From the NCBI GenBank assembly GCA_964016885.1, contig OZ024748.1, forward strand, positions 49,600,001 to 49,664,000: a stretch of DNA of 64,000 nt, given 5' to 3'. Shown piece after piece: positions 40,531 to 55,030 of this stretch; positions within the stretch are counted from its first letter, which is position 1; each line of letters begins with the position of its first letter. Made by a program: the position numbers and the translations under genes. The stretch is from Eledone cirrhosa. Lineage: Eukaryota. The notes beneath the pieces are model-generated. The model saw only the letters and a program-made list of their open reading frames with translations. It was not told the origin of the DNA and did not search any database.

Positions 40531-40720
40531 GGGCAGTGGATTGGCAGCATTGGTAGAGGGTCGGACACCATGCTTTGACGCATAGAGTTTCGGCCCTTGC
40601 CATTCTGAGTTCAAATCCCGCCGAGGTTAACTTTGCCTTTCATCCTTACGGGGTCGATAAAATAAAGTACCAGTAATACACTGGGCAATTGCTGGCCTTG
40701 TGCCAAAAGTAGAAACAATT
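40531..40720 (+). mobile_element. SINE family A
   Basis: Matches the consensus. Flanked by a direct repeat (aattataaaaacatag) overlapping the SINE tail. Confidence 0.88.
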
Positions 40721-41116
40721 ATAAAAACATAGCTGTTGTAGAAGTTTGTGGATAGGGTTGAGTGTAGGGTTAGGGTTTTGAATTGGGGTTCAGAGATAGC
40801 GTGGGTTTAGCTTAAACTTGTTTACATTCTAGTTATGGCATATACAGTCTTAGTTAAATATATATATATGTAGGATTAGGAAGGGCATCCATCCATAGAA
40901 TCCAAGCCCGAAACAGTTCTGTATGAGCAAGATGTGGTCACCTGATCTGACTTGTCTCACCACGGGGCAACATGTCTAATCCATGCTAGCGTGGAAAATA
41001 GATGTTAAACGGTGATCATATAGAACAATATCCATAGATTCATCACCAATACACCTACATACCCTATTTGCAATCGTGGGGTTGTGAGTTCAATTCCTGG
41101 ACCGAGTGATGTGTTG

Positions 41117-41985
41117 ACAATAACAACAATAGCTACAGTAATAACAACAACAACAACAACAATAGCTACAGTAATAACAACAATAGCTACACTAATAACA
41201 ACAACAATAACTACACTAATAACAACAACAACAACAACAACAACAATAGCTACAGTAATAACACAACAATAACTACAGTAATAACAACAATAACAACAAC
41301 AACAACAATAACTACAGTAATAACAACAACAACAACAATAACAACAACAATAACTACAGTAATAACAACAGCAACAACAATAACAACAACAATAACTACA
41401 CTAACAACAACAACAACAACAACAACAATAACTACAGTAACAACAACAACAATAACTACAACAACAATAACCATAACTACAGTAATAACAACAATAACAA
41501 CAACAATAACTACAGTAATAACAACAGCAACAACAACAACAATAACTACACTAATAACAACAACAACAACAATAACTACAGTAATAACAACAACAACAAT
41601 AACAACAACAATAACTACAGTAATAACAACAACAACAACAATAACAACAACAATAACTACAGTAATAACAACAGCAACAACAACAACAATAACTACAGTA
41701 ATAACAACAACAACAACAATAACAACAACAATAACTACAGTAACAACAACAGCAACAACAACAACAATAACTACAGTAATAACAACAACAACAACAACAA
41801 CAACAATAACAACAACAACAATAACAATAACTACAGTAATAACAACAACAACAACAATAACAACAACAACAACAACAATAACTACAGTAATAACAACAAC
41901 AATAACAATAACAACAACAATAACTACACTAATAACAACAACAACAACAACAATAACTACAGTAACAACAACAACAACAACAATA
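41117..41985. repeat. (AAC)n-based compound repeat
   Basis: Direct reading. Confidence 0.95.
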
Positions 41986-42054
41986 GACAATCACAAAGAC
42001 AATAGTAACAAAAAGAAACAGGAATAAAAAGACAACCAACAGAAGCTGGTTCTA

Positions 42055-43210
42055 TACCTCCCTCTCCTTCCCTTCCACCTCCTCTTCTGCCTCCTTCTCC
42101 CTCTTTGTCCTCTGCCACCTGCACCTTCTTCTCTCCCTTCTTCCTCCACCACCTTCTCTCCCTTCTCCCCATCCCCATCCCTCCACCATCTTCTCTCCAT
42201 TCTTCCCATCCCCACCCTCTCCCCTTTCTCCCCTCCTCCACCTTCTTTCCCTTATCCCCTTCCCCTTCCCTCCACCACCTTCTCTCCCTTCTCCCCGTCC
42301 CCCTCCCTCCACCATCTTCTCCCCATTCTTCCCATCCCCACCCACTCCCCTTCTCCCCTCCTCCACCTTCTTTCCCTTATCCCCTTCCCCTTCCCTCCAC
42401 CACCTTCTCTCCCTTCTCCCCGTCCCCTCCCTCCACCATCTTCTCCCCATTCTTCCCATCCCCACCCTCCCCCCTTTCTCCCCTCCTCCACCTTCTTTCC
42501 CTTATCCCCTACCCTTCCCTCCACCACCTACCCCCCCCCCAACCCTTGTCACATGTGTTGTTAGTTACCTTCTGTTACCATGACAACATCAATATGTCAT
42601 CTCTGCTGTTACAAGGATGTTTTCTTTCAATTTCATTGTCGGTCAATATCCTCTGATTGATTTTTCTGTTCAATAAGTCTAATAATGATTTAGCTGAATT
42701 ATTGATTTCTAACTAACTTAGGCACATGGATACAACTATTGATGAAGGTGGTGGCGGTGGTGGTGGTTGTGGTGGGGAAAGTTATGGTGGTGGTGGTGGT
42801 GGTGGTGGTGGTTATGGTGGTGTGGTTGTGGTAATGGTGATGGTGGTGGTGATGGTGGTGATATTGGTGGTGGTGGTGGTGGTGGTGGTGATATTCGTGG
42901 TGGTGGTGGTGGTGGTGGTGGTGATATTGGTGGTGGTGGTGGTCGTGGTGGTGATATTGGTGGTGGCGGTGATATTGCTGGTGGTGATGGTGGTGGTGTT
43001 GATGGTGATGGTGATGGTGGTTGTAGTGATGGTGGTTGTGGTGGTGGTGATGGTGGAGATGTTAGTGGTGGTGGTTGTGGTGGTGGTGCTGATGATGATA
43101 TTGGTGGTGGTAGTGATGGTTGTGCAGGTGATGGTGTTGGTGGTTGTGTTGGTTGTGTTGTTGAAGATGATTGTGGTTGTGGTAGTGATGGTGTTGTTGT
43201 TGTTGGTGGT
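42055..43210. repeat. Polypyrimidine repeat tract (42055-42540) and (GGT)n tract (42745-43210)
   Basis: Direct reading. Confidence 0.9.
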
Positions 43211-43504
43211 GCGTTGTGTCCTTGAGCAAGACACTTTATTTCATGTTGCTCCAGTCTACACAGCTGGCAAAATTGAGTTGTACCTGTAATTTGAAGGGTC
43301 ACTTATGTCCCTTTGTGTGTCTCACTGAATCTCCCTGAGAACTACATTATAGGCACACATGTCCATGGAATGCCCAGCCACTTGCACATTAATTTCACAA
43401 GCAACTTGTTCTATTGATCCAATTAACTGGAACACTTGTCGTCGTAACTAGCATATTATCAAAGAAGATATGCATACATAAATACATATATATATATATA
43501 TATA

Positions 43505-43697
43505 TAGGAAAAAGTTTGACCCCGACGGCAGAGCTCAAGCCGTTTCGACGGCTATTTCTGGACTCAGAAATAGCCGTGGAAACAGCTTGAGCTCTGCCGT
43601 CGGGGTTAAACATTTTCCTATTACCCACTCTACTACCCTAAGTATTGAGTACTCTGGTGCGTTATGGTCCATCTGGTTCCTTACCACACCTCCTTCG

Positions 43698-43700
<3 letters not shown>
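43505..43700 (+). mobile_element. About 200-bp palindrome-plus-tail element in (TA)n, copy 3
   Basis: Homologous to 1286-1485. Confidence 0.8.
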
Positions 43701-43752
<52 letters not shown>

Positions 43753-44244
43753 CCCATAACTTTTAAGGGAGTCGTAGGCATGCTGTATACGGCATTTCTA
43801 GGGCAATTTTAAACCTAGTGGACCCCATCTCCTCTCCAGGTCTGAATACAACAGATTTCTTCCAGAGACGAATAGAAAGTGAGAGGATGGAAGTAAGAAA
43901 GCAATATAGAGGAAGAATTGATCTCTGTACTTGACTGGTACTGTTTTATTGATCTTGAGTGGATGAAAGGTATAGTTGGCCTTGGTGGAATTTGAAATCA
44001 GAGTAGAAAGCTGAAAAGAATACTTCAAAGCAATATGTCACTGTTTAACGTCCATTTTCCATTCTAGCATTGGTTAGACAAGTTGTCCTGACTTGTGAGA
44101 CAAGTCAGTCAGATAAGATGACTGTGTCTTGCTTTTACAGAACTATTTCTTGCTTGGTTTCTATGGCTGGATGTCCTTCCTAACACCAACCACATTTACA
44201 GTGTGGACTGGGTGCTTGTTATCATGGCACCAAAATGATCAACT

Positions 44245-45348
44245 GACAGGCTAGACTGGGTGATTTTTGTTGTGTCACTGACATGACCACCACTACAGAG
44301 TGGACTGGGTGCTTTTTGTTGTGTCACCGACATGACCACCACTAGAGAGTGGACTGGGTGCTTTTTGTTGTGTCACTGACATGACCACCACTACAGAGTG
44401 GACTGGGTGCTTTTTGTTGTGTCACTGACATGACCACCACTACAGAGTGGACTGGGTGCTTTTTGTTGTGTCACTGACATGACAACCACTACAGAGTGGA
44501 CTGGGTGCTTTTTGTTGTGTCACTGACATGACCACCACTACAGAGTGGACTGGGTGCTTTTTGTTGTGTCACTGACATGACAACCACTACAGAGTGGACT
44601 GGATGCTTTTTGTTGTGTCACTGACATGACCACCACTACAGAGTGGACTGGGTGCTTTTTGTTGTGTCACTGACATGACCACCACTACAGAGTGGACTGG
44701 GTGCTTTTTGTTGTGTCACTGACATGACAACCACTACAGAGTGGACTGGGTGCTTTTTGTTGTGTCACTGACATGACCACCACTACAGAGTGGACTGGGT
44801 GCTTTTTGTTGTGTCACTGACATGACAACCACTACAGAGTGGACTGGGTGTTTTTTGTTGTGTCACTGACATGACCACCACTACAGAGTGGACAGGGTGC
44901 TTTTTGTTGTGTCACTGACATGACCACCACTACAGAGTGGACTGGGTGCTTTTTGTTGTGTCACTGACATGACAACCACTACAGAGTGGACTGGGTGCTT
45001 TTTGTTGTGTCACTAACATGACCACCACTACAGAGTGGACTGGGTGCTTTTTGTTGTGTCACTGACATGACCACCACTACAGAGTGGACTGGGTGCATTT
45101 TGTTGTGTCACTGACATGACAACCACTACAGAGTGGACTGGGTGCTTTTTGTTGTGTCACTGACATGACCACCACTACAGAGTGGACTGGGTGCATTTTG
45201 TTGTGTCACTGACATGACCACCACTACAGAGTGGACTGGGTGCTTTTTGTTGTGTCACTGACATGACCACCACTACAGAGTGGACTGGGTGCTTTTTGTT
45301 GTGTCACTGACATGACAACCACTACAGAGTGGACTGGGTGCTTTTTGT
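44245..45348. repeat. 49-bp minisatellite, about 22 copies
   Basis: Unit cactacagagtggactgggtgctttttgttgtgtcactgacatgaccac. Confidence 0.95.
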
Positions 45349-45758
45349 GGTATCATCAATACAACCACCATTACTGGGTGGGCTATGTGGTGTGTACATG
45401 TATGTGTGTATAGATGTGGTGTGTACATGTATGTGTGTATAGATGTGGTGTGTACATGTATGTGTGTGTATATGTGCTGGGTACTTGTATGTGTGTATAT
45501 ATATAGTGTGTACATGTATGTGTGTATATGGTGTGTACATGTATGTGTGTATATGTATTATAGGATTCTATGACCAATGCCTAAGCTTAAACTGTTTTGA
45601 TAGCAAAATGTGTGTGTGTGTGCATTTGGTGTCAGTGTGTGTGTATGTGTGTGTGTGTCGGTGTGTCAGTGTGTGTGTATGTGTGTGTCGGTGTGTCAGT
45701 GTGTGTATGTGTGTGTATATGTGTGTGTGTATCTGTGTGTTAGTATGTGTGTGTGTCA

Positions 45759-45790
<32 letters not shown>

Positions 45791-46064
45791 ATGTGTGTGT
45801 ATATGTGTGTGTTTTAGTATGTGTGTGTCTGTCAGTGTGTGTGTGTATGTGTGTGCGTGTGTATGTGTGTGTACATATGTGTGTGTGTATATGTGTGTGT
45901 GTTTTAGTATGTGTGTGCGTTAGTATGTGTGTGCCTGTCAGTGTGTGTGTATGTGTGTGTGTATATGTGTGTGTATGCGTGTGTGTGTGTGTTTATATTA
46001 AAATATGTCACTCACTCTCTTCAGTTACACTTGTATTGGTAATATTTTCTTTTATATTCTAAAG

Positions 46065-46306
46065 TTGGAACGTCTCAAAGATCCATTAGTTTGGCTTGAC
46101 GCTGCAGCCCAGATATTCTACTCTTTTGGCTTAGCTTTTGGTGGATTAATTGCCTTTGCCAGTTATAACAAACCCAACAATAACTGCCAGAATGATGCTA
46201 TTCTTGTCTCCATATGTAACTGGTTGACGGCCATCTATGCCTGTCTTGTTATCTTCTCTATTCTGGGATATAAAGCTACTCTAATGTTTGAACACTGTTT
46301 AACACT
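46065..46306 (+). CDS. SLC6 transporter internal exon (TM6-TM7)
   Basis: tattctaaag| acceptor. Translates LERLKDPLVWLDAAAQIFYSFGLAFGGLIAFASYN...IFSILGYKATLMFEHCLT. Donor CT|gtaagt (phase 2). Confidence 0.93.
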
Positions 46307-48369
46307 GTAAGTATATAACTACTGTTACTTTCACATTCCATCTTTTCTTTCTGGTCTTTTTGGTTCTATGTAATCATGAATGTGTTTTTTCCCCCCTTCA
46401 CCACTATTACTGCCACCAACACCACTACCAACAACAGCACATTCTCCAACCACCACCTCCCCCACTACAATCACCATCTACTCCCATCATCATCTACACC
46501 ACCACCAGTTCACCCTGTAAGGGGATAGTGCTGGTGACACAACAAAAGGCATCCAGTCCACCCTGAAAGGTGGTAGTGCTGATGCCACGACAGAAAGTAC
46601 CCAGTTGATTCTGTACTGGTTCACAACAAAAAGTACCTAGTCCCCCTTGTAAGGTGGTAGTGCTTGTGCCATGACAAAAAACACCCAATCCACTCTGTAA
46701 AGTGGTCATGCTAGTGCCACAACAAAAGCATTCAGACCACCCTGTAAGACAGAAGTGTTGGTGCCATGGCAAAAAGTACACAGACCACTTTGTAAGGCAG
46801 TAGGTAGTACTGGTGCCATGGCAAAAGGCACCCAGTCCACACTGGAGTCATAATAAAATACATAATAGTAAAGTGATTAGCATTAGGAAGGACATCCAGC
46901 CATAGAAAGCAAGCCATAAATGGAGCATACAAGGAAGACATGGTCACCTGACCTGTCTTGCCTCAGTATCTGACAAACTGTCTAACCTATGCAAGCATGG
47001 AAAATAGACAAACAGTGATGCTGATGATGATGCTGTACACAGCATGTCACTAAGCCAAGCCATGTTTGAAAGACTGTTTTCAAAAGTAACCTCCCTCTAC
47101 CAAAAACTAAACTAACAGATGAGACATGGCTGGATCTACTTTTGTTAGTATTAAGATTCAAACTGATACTTGAAGAACAAAACATATGCTTCTATGATTT
47201 TCCCCTTAGTGAAGCCGTTCTTCAATACAACTCAAGCATCTATAAAAGTAAGAAAGAAATTAGAGCAGAGAATGGAATTCTTAATCTGTTAAAATTTTTT
47301 ATTTTAAACGGTAAGAACCTTATGGAATATTATATTAAATTCTCTTTTCTTCTTTGCCCACTTATTCCTATGATGTCAAACTGGTCAGGGAATTCTTCTT
47401 CACCCACTTATTCCTGGGACATTGTGGGGACAGTCTTCAGACATGCCTTCCAGAGGGTCTTATCAGCGGCAACCATCTCCAAATGATTTGGCTAGATCCT
47501 CAAGTGAGAGTGACGGAGCTCATGGATGTTATCCAACCATCTTGCTCATGGTCTACTCCTGGGTTTCCTATCAGTTAGCTTTGCCTGTAAAATCTGTCCA
47601 GTGATTCTTTACTGAGACATTCTAACCACATGTCCATTGAACCAGAACTCTGGTCTCAATTAAATCATCAACTAAGTAAATTAGAACTGATCTACAGGAA
47701 ATTTGTATGTATATGAAGGAAGGGATTGAAAAAACTGAATTTGTGAACTTTCCTTTTTTTCTTTTACAGTATCGTAATCTCCAATGTTTAAAACATATGA
47801 ACCTGAAGAAATTTTCTAAGAATAAAAAAAAAATAGATAAATGTTACGGGGGAGTGGTTATTTCTTTTTAAAATTAACTTGCAAAATTTTCATTTTTTGG
47901 TTATTTCCTAACACAATCTGCCACTTATTGAAAATTTTGACCTATGTTTTCATGAAATTTATCTGGCAACTATTGTTAGAGTATCGAACAAACTGCTTTG
48001 TGACATTTCTTCCAACTCTTTAAGTTCTGAGTTCAAATCCAACAAAGGTCAACTGTGCCTTTAGGTTGTAAATTGGCAAAGTTGTTAGAACGTCGAATAG
48101 AATGCTTTGCAATATTTGATCTGACTCTCTGTTTTTGCCTTTCATCCAATTGAGGTTGATAAAAAAAGTACGAGTCTAGTAGTGGAGTCGATTCTTCCTC
48201 TATATCTCTTTCTCACTTACATTATCTCAATTTCTATTCTCCTCTGGAAGAAATCTGTTGTATTCAAATCAAGAGAGGAGATGGGCTCCGCCAGGTTTAA
48301 AATTTCCCAATATATACCCCATGTCAATGTGGCACCTCTATGACTTTCTTAAGAGTTATAGACCATGCA

Positions 48370-50260
48370 TACATCTAGCAACCCTACTTCCTGGTATATG
48401 TCTAAACTGCTTCTCATCTTAGCTAATTCTCTTCACAGTTAGTTTTACTAATGTTCTTTCTGTAGTTTTCATAACTTGGCTCATCAATTTGATGCCCTTG
48501 GAGTAGTTGATAATGATATCGCCACACCTGTAATTAAGTATTACACCTACTTATACTACAGGTTTGACTATGTGAATAGCTAGCTTGAGCCCTACCTGCA
48601 TTGCTAGATATTTTCATCATCTCAGTAGCCTATCTCTTATAGTTAGGTAGCTTTCCTCACCTTCAAATCCTTTATGTCAATTTCAACCATTTCAATAGCT
48701 GGTTTCTCTGTTGGATTCACTGGTGGTAGTCTTTCTCTTTCTCACACATATTCCACTTTCAGCAATATCTCATAATATTTTCAAGCTCTTTTCTTCTCAG
48801 CATTGGTAAGAGTTAGCGTGCCAGTTTGTTCTGAACACACTTTTCTCTAACAACATCTTAATTCACACTAACGCACTGCTTTGCACTGCTTTGCACTCCA
48901 GAACACCTCACACCTCTTGCCACATTGGCAACCGCTTGATTTTTGCTTTCTCTGCTATATATGACATTTTGATTCTTTTCCAGCTGTTTGACACTGTTCT
49001 TTGCTGGCCTCTTTCTACCAGTATTTCCAGGCTTGTCTTTAAGTTTTTAAAACTCTATCTACAGCACTATTTTATTTCCATGTCACCTTTTGTTTGGTGG
49101 GTCCAAAATTCAAAATCCAGAGCCTTTTCACTCCAGTCAGAAGAACCCCTCTCTGGTTGCCCCCCCCCCCCACTTCCTATTTCTGGCCATATTGGGGCGA
49201 AGGTATCAGGCCATCTTACCTTTGGCAACCCTCTAGTTCTTCTCAACTGCCTTTGTATCCACTCTGTTGCTCTAAAAGTCCACCTAGAGAGGTGACCAGC
49301 CCATTTATCTTTGTCCTTCTTGAAAGACTTTATTATGTCCTTCCCTTCAGTCTGCTGTTGAATTCAGGTGTTGCTCTTGTCATATAAGGTGATGCTGAGC
49401 ATGATTTGCTAAATTTAACATTGGGCCACTGCAAGAGTCTCTGCAGTGGTAGTGTTGAGTGCCAATGTCTCACTTCTGTAAGTCTAGTGGGTATCTTGCT
49501 CTGAATACAGATATCACCTGTGACCTGCAACTGGTTATCTCATAGAAACCTCTAGTAGTCCTCTATGTAAAAGGTATATATATCCACTCCTTGTCATATG
49601 GGTCATGTAAAACCTCTCTGAGTCTGTGTTTAGTAGAAGGATCTTTCACCTTCATCCTCCAAATTGTCTTGAGTATCTGCATCTATCTAGTTCTAACTCT
49701 GAAGTCATTAATCACAAGTCTATATGAAGTGGTACATTCTTCACTAGGGAAAGCCTTTCTATCTATGCCATTTTCTGGTGAGTAAAAAGTCTACCTGATA
49801 GTATGTGATGAAGTGGCTGGTCCTTGTCAGATGTTTAGGTCACTTGCTGCACAGCACTCCTGGAACCTTGATCCCTCCTCATTCCTCCTACCATATCAAT
49901 AGCCACCATGTACTCCAAGAGACTTGATTCCTCCTACCATATCAATAGCCACCATGTACTCCTAGAGACTTGATCCCTCCTACCATATCAATAGCCACCA
50001 TGTAGTCCTAGAGTTTTGATCCCTCCGCATTTCTCCTCCCGCATCCATTGCAACTTTGTACTCCAGGAGACTTGATCCTTTCTCATCTCTCCTACCATAT
50101 CCATAACCACCATGCATTCCTAGAGACTTGATTCCCCCCTTTCATATCCATAACCACCATGTACTCTGAGTACCTACCCTGGTGTTGCCCCAAAATGTCC
50201 CTTATATTCAACAGCCATGATAATAAAGTCGTTGATATTTGTTATCAGCATGGTTTGCAA
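48370..50260 (-). mobile_element. Highly degenerate RTE-like LINE (endonuclease region)
   Basis: Minus strand near 49835-49916 reads GVHGGY*YGRRNEEGSRFQECCAASDL, an RTE APE-endonuclease-like motif. Boundaries are approximate. Confidence 0.55.
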
Positions 50261-50676
50261 GGAGGGCCTTATAGAAACAGTCCTTTTACTCACCAGTCAG
50301 TCCATAGTGTACACTTATCATAGTTCTCAGGGAGATTCAGCATGACACAGTGTCTGGCAATGATGGCCTGTTGAATCACTGGTACAACTAATTCTTTTCA
50401 GGTAAGTGGACTGGAGTGACATGAAATCAAACATTTTGCTCAAGGGGACAAGCATTACACCCCAGTCAGAGCGGTGCCTCAGCTGCATACCATAGACAAA
50501 GTGGCAAAGGTATTACCAATGAGAATGTCCAGAGACTCCCACTGCAATGGCTATCCTACTTCATTGGGTTCCCTTCTTAAGCAGGTCACCTTCTTTCCTA
50601 TTTTTGTGTCTGTGTATGAAACTAATATAAAGTTTTTTCAAAATACTTAATACTTTATTTTCTTCTATAATTTCAG

Positions 50677-50827
50677 CAATGCGTTTAGAATCACAAAACA
50701 GTATCCTCTCATAAATATGACACAGTATGCTGGTCAGCCCATTGACTATAACATTCTTGGAATACCAGCAGTCAGGCAAAAAGAATTAGGTCTCATTAAA
50801 TGTGATTTACAAGAGGATTTGAATAAA
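50677..50827 (+). CDS. SLC6 transporter internal exon (extended EL4 loop); missing from the ORF track
   Basis: ataatttcag| acceptor, phase 2 matching the previous exon, 151 nt. Translates (L)NAFRITKQYPLINMTQ...LGLIKCDLQEDLNK; the C-x-L-x-x-x-L-N-K ending is typical of the B0AT branch. Donor AAA|gtaagt (phase 0). Confidence 0.85.
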
Positions 50828-51760
50828 GTAAGTCTGACTTTTACAAAATATAAGAATGAATCTTTTTTTATAATGCATTAGGAAGGGCATCCAGTTGTAG
50901 AAACTTTGCCAAATATGGTACAGAAAGAAAGATGAGATCTGTCTGACTCATCTGGTCTCAGACCATCACAACCCGTCCAACCTATCCAAGTTTGGAAAGT
51001 GGACACAAAACAATGATGATGATGATGATGATAATGATGATGGTAATGGTGATGAATGACTGGCTTAGTCAGAGAAAAAAGGGGCCACACATATATCATA
51101 CTTTTCAGGGTGCCTCCAAGACTGGTGGAAGCAAGGGATAACATTGATCTCAAATCAGAAACCTGGCTTTAATATTTATAACAGTGATCCATTTTAAAGG
51201 TACCTAAAAGCCAGGAGGGGATATTAAAGTTTACCCTACCCCGCTCCTGCATAAACAGGACTTCGTACCCCTCATGGGTTTTCATAATGTTTCCATCAAT
51301 AAAAAAAAAAAGGTCATGACTAACCATAGATTATGCACCCATTACTGACCAACTATATGCCTGATCCTCAAAGGCACAAACCTCGTCAGGGTGTTTTATG
51401 AACAGTTAGCTATCACTCATGCATGCAATTCTTCCTTCTCCTTGACAACATTGTTGTCCAAGTGAAAGGCAATGGCTGATAAAGCTTGGCAACAGTATTG
51501 TTGCAACTCAGTTTTTTCAGTTGGGTCGACTGAAGCAACATGAAATAAAGTGTCTTGCTCAAGAACATAATGTGCTGTCTGGTCTGGGAATCAAACTCAC
51601 AACCTTACAATCATGGGCCCAGCAAGCTAATCACTAAACCAAGCATCTTCACATCTCATTTACAAAACTTTGGCCAATTGAAGGTGATACAGCAAGGCTT
51701 TTCAGCATCCATTTGACCCTTTGGACATTCCTGCCCTAGAGGGACAACTTCCAGCCTTCA

Positions 51761-52740
51761 CAATCCTATTTATTACACCACAATCCTATTTATTACACCA
51801 CAATCCTATTTATTACACCACAATCCTATTTATTACACCACAATCCTATTTATTACACCACAATCCTATTTATTACACCACAATCCTATTTAATACACCA
51901 CAATCCTATTTATTACACCACAATCCTATTTATTACACCACAATCCTATTTATTACACCACAATCCTATTTATTACACCACAATCCTATTTATTACACCA
52001 CAATCCTATTTATTACACCACAATCCTATTTATTACACCACAATCCTATTTATTACACCACAATCCTATTTATTACACCACAATCCTATTTAATACACCA
52101 CAATCCTATTTATTACACCACAATCCTATTTATTACACCACAATCCTATTTATTACACCACAATCCTATTTATTACACCACAATCCTATTTAATACACCA
52201 CAATCCTATTTATTACACCACAATCCTATTTATTACACCACAATCCTATTTATTACACCACAATCCTATTTATTACACCACAATCCTATTTATTACACCA
52301 CAATCCTATTTATTACACCACAATCCTATTTATTACACCACAATCCTATTTATTACACCACAATCCTATTTATTACACCACAATCCTATTTATTACACCA
52401 CAATCCTATTTATTACACCACAATCCTATTTATTACACCACAATCCTATTTATTACACCACAATCCTATTTATTACACCACAATCCTATTTATTACACCA
52501 CAATCCTATTTATTACACCACAATCCTATTTATTACACCACAATCCTATTTATTACACCACAATCCTATTTATTACACCACAATCCTATTTATTACACCA
52601 CAATCCTATTTATTACACCACAATCCTATTTATTACACCACAATCCTATTTATTACACCACAATCCTATTTATTACACCACAATCCTATTTATTACACCA
52701 CAATCCTATTTATTACACCACAATCCTATTTATTACACCA
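51761..52740. repeat. 20-bp minisatellite, 49 copies
   Basis: Unit caatcctatttattacacca, almost invariant. Confidence 0.97.
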
Positions 52741-55030
52741 AAGCTATGATAGAATATACATTCCCACTGTGATGTGAAATATGATTGAACCCAAAACCAT
52801 GGAGGTAGAAAATGAACTTCTTAACCACATTGGCATGACTGCACCTATAAGTTGAAAGCTATTTGGCCCTTTATATTCTTAGTTCAAATGCTGCTGAGAT
52901 TAGCTGTGCCTTTCATCATTATTGGATGGGGTTGATACAATAAAGTACCAGTTTAGCTAACTTTTCCCTTTTTTTTTCAAATTGCTGGCCTTGTGCCAAA
53001 AGTAGAAACAAATATTTGTCCTCAATAGAGCGGTAGATTGGCAGAATTGGTAGAGCATCAGATAAAATGCCATCATGCTATTTGTTCTGGCTCTTTACAT
53101 TTTGAGTTCCATTGCTACTGAGGTTAACTCAAATTGATAGCCTTGTGCCTAAATTAGAAATCCATGTTTATCCTAAATAGACTGGTGGATTGGCAGAATT
53201 GGTAGAGCATCAGATAAATGCCATTATGCTATTTGTTCTGGCTCTTCACATTCCAAGTTCAAATCCTGCTGAGGTCGACTTTTCCTTTCATCCTTGCAGG
53301 AACAATAAATTAAAGTACTAGTCAAGTACTGGAGTTGATTTAATCAACTTTGCCCTTCCCCAAAGATTTGTTGGCTTTGTGTCTGAATTAGATATCAATA
53401 TTCTATATTATTTGAGGGAGCTATCTTCAGATTTCTCAGTTTATTCCAGGTTTCATTGTGGTCACTATAGTTAAGGTCCTATAGAACAGTTTGGCTCAGT
53501 AAAAAGCTAGTATTTGAATTTACCATCATCATCATTATCATCATCATTTGATGTTTGCTTTCCTTGTTACTAAGGGTTGATCAGATCATCAGCAGACCAT
53601 GTTGGTACTCAAGCATAGGTACTACCCCCTCCTCCATAGATGGGCCAGAAGCCTGCATCTCATTTACATATGCTCCTGCACTCCTTGATCATGAGCACTG
53701 CTGAGGGCATTTCATCACTAGACACTAACATTAGGGAGGCTGTCATGTCTTTAACAGCTGAAAAATCCTCCCAAAATTGAAATAAATTGAAATTAAAGGG
53801 AATGTCAAAAGAGATAGTTCATTATATTCATATATATTCTGTAAGGTCAGGTCAGGCTTCTGCTCCCTGCTGGTTCCATGTAACACAGTATAACCTGCTT
53901 CATGGTTGAGTGGTCGGTGACTAAACTAGCCCCCCCCCCCATCAGACCCAGGTCTGGTGAGGAGAGTAAGTGGTACACCAGCAACACAAAAAACCAAGGA
54001 CTCATCAGAGTCAATGGTCATGCACCCCAACTAGGGGTTAAATAGCATCACCAACCTGCAATTGGCCAAGTGTGGTGAGTACGGCTACACCCCTGAAGAC
54101 ATGACCAAAACTAAACAGAAATAGTGAATATCAACCAGGGAGGGATTCCTCCAGCAGGTGTGAGAAGGCTCTGGATTGGATTGGATATTTAGTGACTCAG
54201 TCTTCATACAAGCTTCCGGTGCTAAGGAGCTTTTGGGGCTTAAGCTCCTCTAATAATTTGTTTCAATATACTTTGGCTTTGGTTTTTACTAAACTGATTT
54301 TTTATCGATTCTAAATGTGTTAGTATGATTATGTTTTTAATTTCTTTCTTAGTCTCGTATTGCTGATAAAAAAGCTTGAGCTAATAATAATAAAACACAT
54401 GTACAGTATATATACATAACCCTTTAGCATTTACATGAGCAGCCAGTTACAACCAGCTTGTACAGAAAGAGGTGATAGAATTCTGGATGGATACAGCCAG
54501 CCTTTCGAATCCCAAAACAGTATTGGAAGCTGTGTCATGATGGCAGACTTTGTAGAACAAAGAAATCATTTTGTGAAGTCTGTGTTAAAGGACAATAAGA
54601 AGGATGTCAGAGAAGTTTTATAGCTAAACAAGGAATCCTGCAGAGGATCAATATACAGATGAGCATGGAGGTTAAAGTGAACTTACAAGATATTAAAGGG
54701 AAACAGTAGACAGATGATTCGTGTGATAACTATTATCTGGTTAGGACTGGTGCTAGTTTTAAGTCAACTACCACAGTGTTATCCAACCTATGGCCACCTG
54801 GCTAAAATGGGTTGTGGCAAATTTCAGGTAGGCCCCAGAAATTTTATAATTTTTGTGAGTGCCCAATAAATAGACATAGTAGTATCTTTATTGGATATAG
54901 TCTATGTAAAATGGAAGAAATTTTATCTCTATTATGATTTCTTGGGCCACAGAAAAATTCTGGGTTCAAAGTGGGCCATGAGCTAAATGCAGTCAATAGC
55001 TAAAATAATAGCTTAGAAAATCAGGAAAAA

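Noticed and set aside
40755-40810. TTAGGG-like telomeric motif
   Set aside because: Only one perfect unit; too short and degenerate.
47770-47855. Strong acceptor ttttacag as a possible SLC6 exon
   Set aside because: In the required phase 2 it hits TAA after six codons. The 50677-50827 exon fits instead.
51721-52749. 342-aa repetitive ORF
   Set aside because: 20-bp minisatellite artefact.
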